Notes under the pieces: model-generated
Seen by the model: the letters and a program-made list of their open reading frames with translations, nothing else
Told to the model about the DNA's origin: nothing
The model's database searches: none
Program-made: the position numbers and the translations under genes
DNA from: Clostridia bacterium
GTDB taxonomy: Bacteria > Bacillota > Clostridia > UMGS1883 > UMGS1540
Assembly: GCA_045577075.1 (NCBI GenBank)
Contig: JAZNHR010000025.1
Location: 65,136-129,135, forward strand
DNA length: 64,000 bases
Direction of reading: 5' to 3'
In this document: one piece after another, positions 20,059 through 30,523 of the stretch
Layout: each line of letters begins with the position of its first letter
How positions within the stretch are numbered: the stretch's first letter is position 1

Positions 20059-21782
20059 TGAAAGGTTCGTTTTGGAAATTTGCAAAATATTATAAACCTT
20101 ACCTTTGGATTATGGCGGCGGATTTACTTTGCGCCGCCTTTTCCGGTGTTTGCGAGCTGGTTTTCCCTGTTCTCGTTCGGGAGATTACAGAGCGTGCAAG
20201 CGCGGGCACACTTGTCATGTCCTTTATCCTGCAGCTAGGCGGCGTGTATATTTGCCTGCGCCTTTTGGACACCTTTGCAAACTACTATATGTCAAACGCA
20301 GGGCATGTGATGGGGGCAAGGCTTGAAACCGACATGCGCCGCGATTTGTTCGCCCATTTGCAAAAGCTTTCTTTTCGGTTTTATGATAATGCCAAGGTGG
20401 GGCAGATTATGTCCCGTATTACCCATGACCTATTTGATATCACCGAGTTTTCCCACCATTGCCCTGAGGAGTTTTTCATTTCCGGCATCAAAATTATCGG
20501 TGCGTTTTTGATTCTCCTGCGCGTCAACGTTCCTTTGACGCTCATGCTCTTTTTCCTTCTGCCTCTAATGCTCCTGTCTAGAATTTTATTGCGGAAGAAA
20601 ATGCAGGCGGCGTTTAAAAGACAACGGGAACAGGTGGGGGAACTCAATGCCTCTATTGAGGATAATCTCCTTGGCATTCGCGTTGTAAAAAGCTTTGCCA
20701 ACGAAGAACATGAAAAGGCGCGGTTTGAAGTAGAAAACCGGCAGTTTCTGGCGGCAAAAAAGAATGCCTATAAGTACATGGCACTTTTTCACGGCGGCAT
20801 CCGTTTCTTTGACGGGGTGATGTATGTTGCCGTCATTATACTGGGCGCGGCATACTTGTTTGCGGGAAAAATTACGGCAGGCGATTTTGTGGCATACCTT
20901 TTGTATATTCAGATGCTCATTGCCTCCCTTCGCCGCCTTGTTGAATTTACCGAGCAGTTTCAGCGCGGCATAACGGGTATTGAACGGTTTATGGAAATTA
21001 TGCACCAGCCTGTGGAAATTGCAGACAGGGAAAATGCAAAGTCCCTTGAAAACGTAAAAGGCAGCATTCGGTTTGACAATGTCAGCTTCCGATATTCCGA
21101 AAAAGGGAAAACCGTGCTTTCCCATATTGACCTTTCTGTAACTCCCGGAGAGAAAATCGCCTTAGTGGGCCCTTCCGGCGGCGGCAAGACGACCCTTTGC
21201 AGCCTGATTCCCCGTTTTTATGAGGTGGCAGAGGGCCGCGTTTGCGTGGATGGGGAAGATGTACGCGATGTAAAGCTGGAGTCCCTTCGGCAAAACATCG
21301 GCGTTGTGCAGCAGGAAGTATATCTCTTCAGCGGTACGGTGGGAGAAAACATTTTATACGGCAGGCCTGAGGCAAGTCGGGAAGAAATGGTAGAGGCGGC
21401 TAAGGCGGCAGGTGCCCATGATTTTATCGAGGCGTTGCCAAACGGGTATGATACCTATGTAGGCGAGCGCGGTGTCCAGCTTTCCGGCGGACAGAAACAG
21501 CGCATTGCTATCGCCCGCGTTTTCCTGAAAAACCCCCCGATTTTGATTTTAGATGAGGCGACAAGTGCCCTGGACAATGAAAGCGAACGCTTGGTGCAAG
21601 CGTCATTGGATCGCCTTGCACGCGGCAGAACCACATTTATTATTGCCCACCGTCTAACCACGGTGCGTGGTGCTGACAGAATTCTGGTTTTGACAGAGGA
21701 AGGGATTGCCGAAAGCGGTACCCACGAAGCCCTTTTGGCGCAAAATGGACTGTATGCAAAGCTTCACAGGCTTTATACGTAA
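20058..21782 (+). CDS. ABC transporter permease/ATP-binding fusion protein (type I exporter, MsbA-like)
   Basis: Six TM helices at the N-terminus; Walker A GPSGGGKTT, signature LSGGQKQR, Walker B ILILDEATSALD. The start overlaps the upstream stop by 1 nt. Confidence 0.85.
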   Translation: MKGSFWKFAKYYKPYLWIMAADLLCAAFSGVCELVFPVLVREITERASAGTLVMSFILQLGGVYICLRLLDTFANYYMSNAGHVMGARLETDMRRDLFAHLQKLSFRFYDNAKVGQIMSRITHDLFDITEFSHHCPEEFFISGIKIIGAFLILLRVNVPLTLMLFFLLPLMLLSRILLRKKMQAAFKRQREQVGELNASIEDNLLGIRVVKSFANEEHEKARFEVENRQFLAAKKNAYKYMALFHGGIRFFDGVMYVAVIILGAAYLFAGKITAGDFVAYLLYIQMLIASLRRLVEFTEQFQRGITGIERFMEIMHQPVEIADRENAKSLENVKGSIRFDNVSFRYSEKGKTVLSHIDLSVTPGEKIALVGPSGGGKTTLCSLIPRFYEVAEGRVCVDGEDVRDVKLESLRQNIGVVQQEVYLFSGTVGENILYGRPEASREEMVEAAKAAGAHDFIEALPNGYDTYVGERGVQLSGGQKQRIAIARVFLKNPPILILDEATSALDNESERLVQASLDRLARGRTTFIIAHRLTTVRGADRILVLTEEGIAESGTHEALLAQNGLYAKLHRLYT

Positions 21783-22010
21783 AGTTGGCGCAAGATTTTG
21801 GGAAAAAGCGGGGGATATATACCACCCCTTGTAAGAAACGACGGATTGTAACGGTTTTGTAAAAATAAAACTAGCATTTTGTAATAAAAGCTGATATAAT
21901 ATTCTTGGACGGGCGACCTGCGGTCGCCCGTTAGAGTCTGTAAATAAAGATAATTTTGCCCCAAAATGGCAGAATTACAGGGGAAAATCCCCTCTGGAAG
22001 GAAGCAAAAG

Positions 22011-23021
22011 ATGGTCAATTACAGAATTTCCGGCGCGATGGGTCTACCGGCTTTTCCGGTGGCCAGTATTTTTGTAGATAAATATATGGCAGAGGCCAAT
22101 GCAACCTTTGTCAAAATATACCTCTATGGGCTGCGGCTTTGCTATGCCGTCGGCACAAAGCCGGATAATGCTCATATTGCACAGGCGCTGGACCTTCTGG
22201 AGTCGGACGTGGTACGCGCCTGGCGATACTGGGAGAAAAAAGGCGTCATTCGAAGGCGTGAGGACGGCGGCATTGAGTTTGTGGATTTAACCATGGAAAC
22301 GCCCATCCCCCCGGAACTGCCTGAAAAAGAGAAAAGCCAGGCAAAGCCCCAGTATAAGGCGAAGGATATTATGGAAGCTGTGTCGGGCGATAAGCGGAAG
22401 TCCATGCTTCTCGATTTTGCCCAGAACGTGTTCGGAAAAACCTTAAGCACAGGGGAGGCGGCAACCCTCTTTAGTTTTTATGACTGGCTGAAATTACCCC
22501 TGGAAGTCATCATGATGCTCCTTGAGCATTGTGCAGCCCTTGAAAAATACAATATGCGGTATGCGGAAAAGATTGCCATTGCCTGGGCGGACGAGGGGAT
22601 TGACACGATTGAGAAAGCGGAAAAGCACCTGCAAAATGCAGACAAGCGTGCCAAACTTTCCAGAAAATATAAGCGTATGATGGGCATTACAGGACGAGAT
22701 TTATCCGACTCGGAATACGCTCACATTCTTCAGTGGACAGAGGAAATGGCAATGCCCCAAGAGCTTATCAAGACAGCATACGAGAAAGCGGTGCTGGCTA
22801 CGGGTAATGCCTCGTTCCCTTACATAAACGCCATTTTACAGTCCTGGTATAAGCAGGGCATCACGAAGGTGGAGGAGCTTTCCAAAGACACGCCTGCTCC
22901 CAAGACGGTGAAAGTAGCAAAAAAAACCAATAATTTTACAAACTATCAGCATTCGGCAGTATACGATTTTGAGGATTTTGAACGCCGTGCGCTGGAAAAA
23001 AGGATAAAGGAACATGGATGA
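22011..23021 (+). CDS. DnaD-domain replication initiation / primosome protein (DnaB/DnaD family)
   Basis: C-terminal DnaD-like domain FSFYDWLKLPLEVIMMLLEHCAALEKYNMRYAEKIAIAWADEGI. A GGAAGG RBS precedes the ATG at 22011; the track ORF starts at 21966. Confidence 0.7.
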   Translation: MVNYRISGAMGLPAFPVASIFVDKYMAEANATFVKIYLYGLRLCYAVGTKPDNAHIAQALDLLESDVVRAWRYWEKKGVIRRREDGGIEFVDLTMETPIPPELPEKEKSQAKPQYKAKDIMEAVSGDKRKSMLLDFAQNVFGKTLSTGEAATLFSFYDWLKLPLEVIMMLLEHCAALEKYNMRYAEKIAIAWADEGIDTIEKAEKHLQNADKRAKLSRKYKRMMGITGRDLSDSEYAHILQWTEEMAMPQELIKTAYEKAVLATGNASFPYINAILQSWYKQGITKVEELSKDTPAPKTVKVAKKTNNFTNYQHSAVYDFEDFERRALEKRIKEHG

Positions 23022-23991
23022 AAAAAGCCTTGCAGCTGTAAATCGAAAATTTAATGCAAGAAAGCAAAATAGGGATGCACTCCTTTCGGCGCGCCGGGAG
23101 GAAGTGTACCGCGCGGTGCCGCGTGTGCGGGAAATAGACGATGCGATTTTCGGCGGCGGCCTTAAAATGCTGTCTTCCGTTTGGGAAGGGAATGAAACGC
23201 CGGAAGCAGTGGCGGAAGGGTATGCCGCAAGCGTAGATAAGTATGCGGCAGAAAAGCGGCGGCTTATCAAAGAAGCGGGCTTCCCTGCGGACTATCTGGA
23301 AATTCCCTACACCTGCCCCCATTGTAAGGATACGGGCATGCAAGGCGATAAGCTTTGCAGTTGTTATCTATCTCTTATGTCAGAAGCACTTTTTCAGCAG
23401 TCAGGCATGGGCAACCTTTTAAAGAAGCAGAAGTTTGAAACGTTTGACCTTAAATTTTATGCCGATGCGCCCTTTGAAGGCCAGCGGCTCTCTCCCCGAA
23501 AAAATATGCAGCTGATTTTGGGGACGTGCAGAAAATTTGCGGCAGAGTTTGAAAATCATGCCGATAACCTGTTTTTATACGGGAATCCCGGCCTTGGCAA
23601 AACCTTTTTGTCAAGCGCTATTGCAAATGTCCTTTTACAACGAGGGATTTCTGTTCTTTACCAAAGCGCCGGGCAGATTGTGGAAATTCTTTCCGATGCC
23701 CGTTTTGGCAGAGGGGAAAGCGAAACCTGCGCCTTTTTAAAGGACCAGCTTTTAAAGGCAGACCTTCTTATCATCGATGATTTGGGCACAGAATTTATAA
23801 ATGCCATGACGGATGCGGATATCTTTTATGTTGTCAACAGTCGCATTTTAGCGGAAAAGAGCACAATTATCAGCACGAACTTATCCCTTCCCGATATTGA
23901 GCGTGTGTATTCAAACCGCATGCTTTCTCGGATTATGGGACATTTTACGCCGCTGTATTTTTACGGTACGGACATAAGGAGCATGGGATAA
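23014..23991 (+). CDS. DnaI/DnaC-family helicase loader AAA+ ATPase (IstB-like)
   Basis: Walker A GNPGLGKTFL, Walker B LLIIDDLG, and an N-terminal zinc-binding CPHC...CSC. It overlaps the upstream gene by 8 nt. Confidence 0.75.
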   Translation: MDEKSLAAVNRKFNARKQNRDALLSARREEVYRAVPRVREIDDAIFGGGLKMLSSVWEGNETPEAVAEGYAASVDKYAAEKRRLIKEAGFPADYLEIPYTCPHCKDTGMQGDKLCSCYLSLMSEALFQQSGMGNLLKKQKFETFDLKFYADAPFEGQRLSPRKNMQLILGTCRKFAAEFENHADNLFLYGNPGLGKTFLSSAIANVLLQRGISVLYQSAGQIVEILSDARFGRGESETCAFLKDQLLKADLLIIDDLGTEFINAMTDADIFYVVNSRILAEKSTIISTNLSLPDIERVYSNRMLSRIMGHFTPLYFYGTDIRSMG

Positions 23992-24531
23992 ATGTACACC
24001 TTTACAGAGCCTTCTGAGGTAAAACTGATTATTTTATATATTATTCAAAATTTTGCAGAGCCCATCGATAACGGACAAATTACGGATATTTTCATGGATT
24101 ATGCCTTTGTGGACTATTTTTCCATGCAGCAGTATTTAGACGAACTGGTGGAAATGCATCTTGTGGATATTGACCGTGCCGACAAGGTACGTCTGTATTT
24201 TTTGACGGAACACGGCAAGGAAGCATACGAAGCGTATATTCATAAAATTCCAACGTCTGTGCGAGAAAAGCTTTTAAAGACCATTCGCACCTATAAAAAA
24301 CGGGAACGGAATGCGGCAGATATTTCCGCATCCTTCCGCCCTTTAAACGAACTGTCCTATCTTGCTGAGCTTTCCATTCGTGACAGCGGCTTTCCCCTTA
24401 TGGAGGTGCGCCTTAGCGTAGGTAGCAAGGAAACGGCACGAGCAGTATGCCAAGCGTTTAAAGAAAATCCCGATAAAGTATATACTGCACTTTTGGGCGC
24501 AGTCCTACCGGATGAAACAGAAAAAGAGTAG
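23992..24531 (+). CDS. small conserved hypothetical protein found after the dnaD/dnaI pair in Clostridia (DUF4364-like)
   Basis: The ATG abuts the stop of the preceding gene. There are no recognisable catalytic motifs. Confidence 0.45.
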   Translation: MYTFTEPSEVKLIILYIIQNFAEPIDNGQITDIFMDYAFVDYFSMQQYLDELVEMHLVDIDRADKVRLYFLTEHGKEAYEAYIHKIPTSVREKLLKTIRTYKKRERNAADISASFRPLNELSYLAELSIRDSGFPLMEVRLSVGSKETARAVCQAFKENPDKVYTALLGAVLPDETEKE

Positions 24532-24550
24532 CCACATGGCTACTCTTTTT
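24521..24550. terminator. bidirectional terminator hairpin
   Basis: AGAGTAGCCACATGGCTACTCT hairpin flanked by A and T runs, lying between convergent genes. Confidence 0.6.
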
Positions 24551-24559
24551 GTATGTACG

Positions 24560-25093
24560 TCAAATTTTCTTCTGCGCCTTCTTTTTGCGAAAGTAGGGAA
24601 GAATATCATATCGCATAAAGGCGACGCAAATAGACGTAAAAACGAAAGCTTCCGTAAGCATTCCGGGGTAGGAATGAAAAACCAGGTTATAAATAAACCA
24701 AAACGGAGAGGACGGTGCCGAAACCAGGCGGACCGTTCGTGGGTTTTTAATCCAGAAGGCAATGGTCGTAAGAAGCATGGCCACCATGGGCAAAAGGCTG
24801 ATAGGTCCGTCCCAGAAATAGATACCCGCAAGGATAAAGAGACCACAGAACAGATAAAACCAGACCATACTTGATGCCCATGCTTTGTCCCGATTTCGAA
24901 AGACGGCGGCACGGAAAATACCAATGCCGTTTAATATGCCGCCAAGAACGGCGCCGAGAAGGCAAAAATGCACGCAGAAAAAGACGGAAGAAATCATTTG
25001 CATCGTCACAATCCGCTTTTGGGAATTTTGCTGGAAGGATAAAATGGCAATGGTCAAGGCAATTACGCCGAGACTTTGTGCAAAAATATACAT
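24560..25093 (-). CDS. YgjV-like small inner-membrane protein
   Basis: 177 aa, several TM helices, resembling the YgjV family. Confidence 0.45.
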   Translation of the reverse strand: MYIFAQSLGVIALTIAILSFQQNSQKRIVTMQMISSVFFCVHFCLLGAVLGGILNGIGIFRAAVFRNRDKAWASSMVWFYLFCGLFILAGIYFWDGPISLLPMVAMLLTTIAFWIKNPRTVRLVSAPSSPFWFIYNLVFHSYPGMLTEAFVFTSICVAFMRYDILPYFRKKKAQKKI

Positions 25094-25115
25094 AAAAACC
25101 TCCGATTTTGCCGCG

Positions 25116-27131
25116 TTATCTGTTTTTACGCGGCAGCCGTTTTTCTATGGTTGTTTCCTTCTGGAAGAAACAGCCGCGGGTAAAGGGAAAGGGGGCAGGT
25201 GCCCCGGCTTTATAAAGCGCCATGATTTCCTGCACTTCATCCGCCGTTTCCGTAGTAAACCGAAGAACAAAGGCGGATATGCCGGTGTCGGCAAACTGGT
25301 CCAGCTTATCCAGCATATAGAGGGGGCGGGCATTTAAAACCTCGTTTCGGTGGGGATAGGCGCAAAACACAGGGAATACGTTGCCCTTTTCATCGGTTAG
25401 GGGATATGCTTTTTTGCCACCATGGCACGTTTGGTGCACCTTGGCAAGGCAATTTTCCATGGTCATCAGCGTCAGCCGTCCGTACACTAAAACGGAGAGG
25501 GGCAGGGGCTTTGGCATTTGCCGAATTTGGGACAGGAGAAGCTCAGGGGAGGCGGTGAGGCCGTCCATACAAGAAAGCGCCGCCGTTTTCCCGTTAAAGA
25601 TATGGAGCCCTGTGCCGCCAAAAGGCGAAAAGCCCATTTCTCGGCATAAAAGGCTTTGCCCTATCGTGTGGCACAAAATGCGTTTTATGCCGTAAGTTTT
25701 TAAATTAGCAAGCTGTTTTTTGATAGGCGCCATTTCTTTGTCAAATAAAATGGTAGGCAGTATAGCCCCCACATTTTCGCCCATGGGCTTTTGAATTTCA
25801 AAAAGGGGAAGCCAAATAAAGTCTGCCGCTATATTTTTCGGGATTTGTGTGGCAGTTTGGAAGATGCAGTGGGTTTCAAGTGTTTTCGCCGGCTTGTTTT
25901 CGACATGGAGAGAAGGCGTGGTGTATGCATAGGAAAATGTAGCTTTGTCCTCCAGCGCCTTGATTCCGTCGCGTCGCAATGCGTTTAAAGCGGCGGCAGG
26001 GAGAAATAAATCGGGAGCAACGGAAGCGGAAACCGTCCCCGCATACGGCGTGCCGCCCAGTTTCCCGAGTGCCTTTTCGCAGTCGGCCGCGGTTATGGGG
26101 CGCATTGCCGCCTTCTCCGGTACAGCCCCTTCCACACGGGCACTATATACACCATCGGACAGAGAGAGGACAGAAGGCTTGTTTTCTGCAATGGTTACCT
26201 CCATGGAAAGGGGGATTTTCGGCGCAGAAACAGAAATTTCTACCGTTTTGGATTGGCGCTTATCTTCTTCCGTGCGAAAGCCGAACATATGCCGCCCCGG
26301 CTTTTCGAGAAAATACCCGTCGGTAAAGCCCTGCCGCGAAAAAAGGTCGGCCAGAAAATCCATTTCGTCTTTCGTGGCGGCGCGTTTTTCGTCGAGAAGG
26401 GTGCGGTAGGTAGAAACAACGCCCCTTACATAGTCCGGCGATTTTAACCGCCCTTCAATTTTCAAAGACGCAATGGGAAGAGACAGAAGTTCAGGAATAT
26501 GATTTGCAAGGCATAAGTCATGCAGACTCAGCGCGTAACCGTTTTTATATTTATGCCGGCAGGGCTGGGCACATGTTCCCCGGTTGCCGCTGCGGCGGGA
26601 AAGCATACTGCTAAAGTAACATTGCCCCGAATACGAAACGCAAAGCGCACCATGAATAAACACTTCAATTTCCAAAGGGGAGGACTTGATAAGATCACGG
26701 GAAAAGGCTTCTCTTGCCAGCACTACGCGGCAAAAGCCCAGTTCTTTCGCCCGTGCAATTCCCAGAGCATTGTGAATGGTCATTTGGGTGCTGGCGTGCA
26801 AGGGAAGGGAGGGCACGGCTTCCCGAAGCAGGGACGCAAGTCCAATATCCTGCACAATCACGCCGTCAATCCCGGTTTCGGCGAGAAAGTGGGCATAGTC
26901 CGGCATTTCAGCGAGCTCCTTATCGGTCAGAAGGGTGTTTAGCGTCAGGTACACTTTCTTATGGCGGACATGACAATAGCGGACGGCACTGGAGAGCGTA
27001 TCGTCCGTAAAATTTTCTCCATGCAGGCGTGCATTATGCCGGCTTGCGCCCAGATATACAGCGTCTGCACCGGCGGCGACTGCCGCTTCCAGCGCTGCAA
27101 AACTGCCCGCAGGTGCTAAAAGTTCATGCAT
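25116..27131 (-). CDS. peptidase U32-family protein, long two-domain form (RlhA/YhbU-like; possible RNA hydroxylation enzyme)
   Basis: N-terminus ELLAPAGSFAALEAAVAAGADAVYLG, the hallmark start of U32 proteins. At 671 aa it resembles the long RlhA-type members. Confidence 0.75.
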   Translation of the reverse strand: MHELLAPAGSFAALEAAVAAGADAVYLGASRHNARLHGENFTDDTLSSAVRYCHVRHKKVYLTLNTLLTDKELAEMPDYAHFLAETGIDGVIVQDIGLASLLREAVPSLPLHASTQMTIHNALGIARAKELGFCRVVLAREAFSRDLIKSSPLEIEVFIHGALCVSYSGQCYFSSMLSRRSGNRGTCAQPCRHKYKNGYALSLHDLCLANHIPELLSLPIASLKIEGRLKSPDYVRGVVSTYRTLLDEKRAATKDEMDFLADLFSRQGFTDGYFLEKPGRHMFGFRTEEDKRQSKTVEISVSAPKIPLSMEVTIAENKPSVLSLSDGVYSARVEGAVPEKAAMRPITAADCEKALGKLGGTPYAGTVSASVAPDLFLPAAALNALRRDGIKALEDKATFSYAYTTPSLHVENKPAKTLETHCIFQTATQIPKNIAADFIWLPLFEIQKPMGENVGAILPTILFDKEMAPIKKQLANLKTYGIKRILCHTIGQSLLCREMGFSPFGGTGLHIFNGKTAALSCMDGLTASPELLLSQIRQMPKPLPLSVLVYGRLTLMTMENCLAKVHQTCHGGKKAYPLTDEKGNVFPVFCAYPHRNEVLNARPLYMLDKLDQFADTGISAFVLRFTTETADEVQEIMALYKAGAPAPFPFTRGCFFQKETTIEKRLPRKNR

Positions 27132-27164
27132 GTAAATTCTCCTTCCGAAAAAGAAACAGCTGCA

Positions 27165-28046
27165 CTAGGACAGCTGCATGGTAATCGCTTTGGGATTATT
27201 GCGAATTTCCACAAGATTTGCACCCTTTTCAAACTCCCCGTCTAGCGACCAGGGGAAAATCTGATCCATGGCAAAGGTCAGGTGTCCGGCTTTAAAATAC
27301 GTGATTAAATCCGAATGATACTGCTTGCGGACAAGGGAAAAAATAATCTGTTGCAGGTCCAGAACATTTTTGGGCATGGAAATGAGCATCACTTCAAAAA
27401 GCCCGTCATCAAAGCTAATGTCCTCGGGGGAAAGATGCACCATGCCCCCTAAGGACGTGGAGTTGGAAACGGCACCAAACACATATTCTCCTTGGAGTGT
27501 TCCTTTTTCCGACTCTACAGTCATACGGCAGGGCCGAATGTTAGGCAGCTCCCGTACCGCTTCGAATACATACGCCATGTGCCCGATGCGATTTTTAATG
27601 TCCTGGGAAGCCTTATACGAGGAATCCGAAAACGCACCAAAGGAAGCTACATAGGTAAAGTGGCGATTTCCAAAGGAACCAATATCAATGGGAAAGGGCG
27701 CGCCGTTTCGAATAGCTTCTGCCGCCTTGCCGATATCTTTCGGAATCCCCAGTCCCGTGGCAAAATCGTTTGTGGTGCCACAGGGGATATACCCGAGGGG
27801 CGGACGGCAAGTGGCGCGCATCAGCCCGTTTACCACCCGGTTTAACGTGCCGTCACCACCGGCACAAACCAATAAATCATATAAAGGCGCCTTAGTCGTC
27901 ACATAGTCTTCCGTGCTTTTTCCGTCTTTTGTATAATAAACCGTCACGTCGTATTCCGAAAAAAGACTGGGAATATCGGCACTTGTTGCCCGCATTTTTC
28001 CGGCGATGGGGTTTATAATCAGTAACAGTTTTCCGGCAAAAGACAT
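27165..28046 (-). CDS. diacylglycerol kinase-family lipid kinase (DagK/YegS-like)
   Basis: LLIINP...AGGDGTLNRVVNGL...GTTNDFA motifs of the DAGK catalytic domain. Confidence 0.8.
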   Translation of the reverse strand: MSFAGKLLLIINPIAGKMRATSADIPSLFSEYDVTVYYTKDGKSTEDYVTTKAPLYDLLVCAGGDGTLNRVVNGLMRATCRPPLGYIPCGTTNDFATGLGIPKDIGKAAEAIRNGAPFPIDIGSFGNRHFTYVASFGAFSDSSYKASQDIKNRIGHMAYVFEAVRELPNIRPCRMTVESEKGTLQGEYVFGAVSNSTSLGGMVHLSPEDISFDDGLFEVMLISMPKNVLDLQQIIFSLVRKQYHSDLITYFKAGHLTFAMDQIFPWSLDGEFEKGANLVEIRNNPKAITMQLS

Positions 28047-28080
28047 CCTAGAACCACCTTACAAAAAAAGAATTACAGTT

Positions 28081-28117
28081 TATGAAAACAGGGAATTACC
28101 GAGGCCGATAATTCCCT
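28081..28117 (-). terminator. rho-independent terminator downstream of prs (minus strand)
   Basis: On the minus strand: CAGGGAATTATCGGCCTCGGTAATTCCCTG hairpin followed by TTTTCAT. Confidence 0.5.
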
Positions 28118-28137
28118 GTGACAAACAAATTTTGCGT

Positions 28138-29151
28138 TTAAGCAAACATGGGGCTGACAGAAATATCAGCGTATATACGCTTGATTGCCTCTGCAAAAAT
28201 ATCTGCAACGGACAGAACATGAATCTTATCCAGCATTTTTTCCGGCGGCAGGGCAATGGTGTCAAGCACAACCAATTCGCGGATGGGAGATTTTTCGATT
28301 CTCTCAAGCGCGGGGCCCGAAAGTACGGGGTGCGTGCAACAGGCGTAAATTTCTTTTGCGCCGCGTTCCATAAGGGCAGAAGCCCCGTTTGTGATTGTGC
28401 CTGCGGTGTCAATCATATCGTCAACCAAAATGATAGTTTTATCCTTAATATCACCGATGATGTTCATAACCTCTGCCACATTGGGGCGCGGTCTTCTCTT
28501 GTCGATGATGGCAATGGGTACATCCAGACGCTGTGCAAATTTACGTGCACGGGTAACGCTGCCGAAGTCCGGCGAGACAACGACTACGTCATCCATATGG
28601 TCTGCAAATTTTTTCATAAAATAGGGTGCGATTTTGGTAAAGCCCAGGAGATGGTCCACGGGAATATTGAAGAAGCCCTGAATCTGTGCGGCGTGCAGGT
28701 CCATGGTAAGCACGCGGTCAGCCCCCGCAGTTGCGATAAGGTCTGCCACAAGTTTTGCAGAAATCGGGTCGCGGGCCTTTGCCTTTCTGTCCTGACGGGC
28801 GTAGCCGTAGTAGGGAATAACGGCGGTAATTCTGCCTGCAGAAGCACGCTTGAAGGCATCAATCATAATCAGCATTTCCATCAGGTTATCGTTTACCGGG
28901 TCGCAGGTGGACTGTACCACAAAAACATCCGAGCCGCGGACGCTTTCGTTGATGTTTACATACACTTCGCCGTCGCTAAACTTGCCGACTTCCGATTTGC
29001 CAAGACTGATTTCGCCAACATGCATGCCGTTGCCTTCAGCATTTAGTTTATATTCGGCAACCTTATTTTTAAGCTCTGCAACAATTGCGCTGGCAAGCTG
29101 TTTATTGGAGTTAGCTGTAAAAATTTTGATATCATTTCCGTGGGTTATCAT
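28138..29151 (-). CDS. prs: ribose-phosphate pyrophosphokinase (PRPP synthetase)
   Basis: [22 protein letters not shown]-terminus and the PRPP-binding loop. An AGAGGAG RBS precedes the ATG at 29151; the track start 29178 is a GTG. Confidence 0.9.
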   Translation of the reverse strand: MITHGNDIKIFTANSNKQLASAIVAELKNKVAEYKLNAEGNGMHVGEISLGKSEVGKFSDGEVYVNINESVRGSDVFVVQSTCDPVNDNLMEMLIMIDAFKRASAGRITAVIPYYGYARQDRKAKARDPISAKLVADLIATAGADRVLTMDLHAAQIQGFFNIPVDHLLGFTKIAPYFMKKFADHMDDVVVVSPDFGSVTRARKFAQRLDVPIAIIDKRRPRPNVAEVMNIIGDIKDKTIILVDDMIDTAGTITNGASALMERGAKEIYACCTHPVLSGPALERIEKSPIRELVVLDTIALPPEKMLDKIHVLSVADIFAEAIKRIYADISVSPMFA

Positions 29152-29232
29152 CAGTAAATCGCTCCTCTTTAAAATCACTAGCTATATTGTACCGCATTTT
29201 TCCATAAAAATCAAGCCCTGCAAAGGGAATTT

Positions 29233-30522
29233 TTAAAAATTTTCTTCTAAGACGGCAAGGGAACGCTCTGCCATTGCCAGATACCGTTCGTGCTTATCGC
29301 GAATACGCTGTGTAAGGGGCGGCAAAATGCCGAAATTTGCGTTCATGGGCTGAAAGTCGCCCAAAGCACTTTCTGCAATATAGTGGCTTAAGGCGCCCAT
29401 CATGGTTTCCACGGGCAGAATGAGTGCTTCTTCGCCTTGTATCCGTCTTGCCGCGTTGATGCCGGCTAAAATTCCTGAGGCGGCGGATTCCATGTATCCC
29501 TCCACACCCGTAATCTGCCCGGCAAAGAAAATATGGGGGTTTTGGCGAAGCGAAAAATCAGCGCAAAGCACTTCGGGGGAACGGATAAAGCTGTTGCGGT
29601 GCATTACGCCATACCGCACAAACTCCGCATTTCGAAGAGCAGGAATCATAGAAAATACACGCTTTTGCTCTCCAAAGCGAAGGTTTGTCTGAAACCCCAC
29701 AAGATTATAAAGCGTCCCTGCTTGATTGTCCTGCCTAAGCTGTACAACCGCGTAGGGGCGTTTTTCCGTTTTGGGGTCACGAAGGCCCACAGGGCGAAGG
29801 GGGCCGTATAAAAGGGTCTCTTTGCCGCGAGATGCCATAATCTCCACCGGCATACAGCCTTCAAATACTTTTAAATTGTCCACGGCATGCTGAGGCGCAC
29901 GCTCCGCACGCGTCAGCGCCGCGTAAAAGGCGGCATATTCTTCCTCCGTCATGGGGCAGTTTATGTAGTCATCCCCGCCGCGGCCGTATCGGGCGCCGAA
30001 AAAGGCATTTTCCATGTCAATGCTGTCCTTTTCCACAATGGGGGCAGCCGCGTCATAAAAACTGAGGGTGTCACCACATATTGCGCGGATTTCCTCTGCG
30101 AGTGCGCCGTCGGTAAGGGGGCCGGTAGCGATAATGGTAATGCCGTTATCCGGGATACGGGTTACTTCTTCTCGTATGACGGTAATACGGGGATGGCTTT
30201 CGATGCGGCTTGTTACCGCTTTTGCAAATGCGTCTCTGTCTACCGCGAGTGCACCGCCTGCCGGCACGCTCGTTTCTTTTGCCGCGGCAACCGTGATAGA
30301 CCCGAGCCTTTCCATCTCCGCTTTTAAAAGACCCCCGGCACTATCTAGCCGGGAGGCCTTTAAGGAATTGCTGCATACAAGCTCGCATAAATCTTCTAAA
30401 TGGTGTGCAGGAGAAAAGCGGACAGGCTTCATTTCGTGCAGAATGACTTCTGCACCTAAATTCGCCGCGGCGAATGCGGCTTCGCAGCCGGCAAGACCGC
30501 CACCGATTACATGAATTTGCAT
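29233..30522 (-). CDS. trmFO: methylenetetrahydrofolate--tRNA-(uracil54-C5)-methyltransferase TrmFO
   Basis: VIGGGLAGCEAA FAD-binding N-terminus and TrmFO-specific length and motifs. An AAGGAG RBS precedes the ATG at 30522. Confidence 0.9.
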   Translation of the reverse strand: MQIHVIGGGLAGCEAAFAAANLGAEVILHEMKPVRFSPAHHLEDLCELVCSNSLKASRLDSAGGLLKAEMERLGSITVAAAKETSVPAGGALAVDRDAFAKAVTSRIESHPRITVIREEVTRIPDNGITIIATGPLTDGALAEEIRAICGDTLSFYDAAAPIVEKDSIDMENAFFGARYGRGGDDYINCPMTEEEYAAFYAALTRAERAPQHAVDNLKVFEGCMPVEIMASRGKETLLYGPLRPVGLRDPKTEKRPYAVVQLRQDNQAGTLYNLVGFQTNLRFGEQKRVFSMIPALRNAEFVRYGVMHRNSFIRSPEVLCADFSLRQNPHIFFAGQITGVEGYMESAASGILAGINAARRIQGEEALILPVETMMGALSHYIAESALGDFQPMNANFGILPPLTQRIRDKHERYLAMAERSLAVLEENF

Positions 30523-30523
30523 A

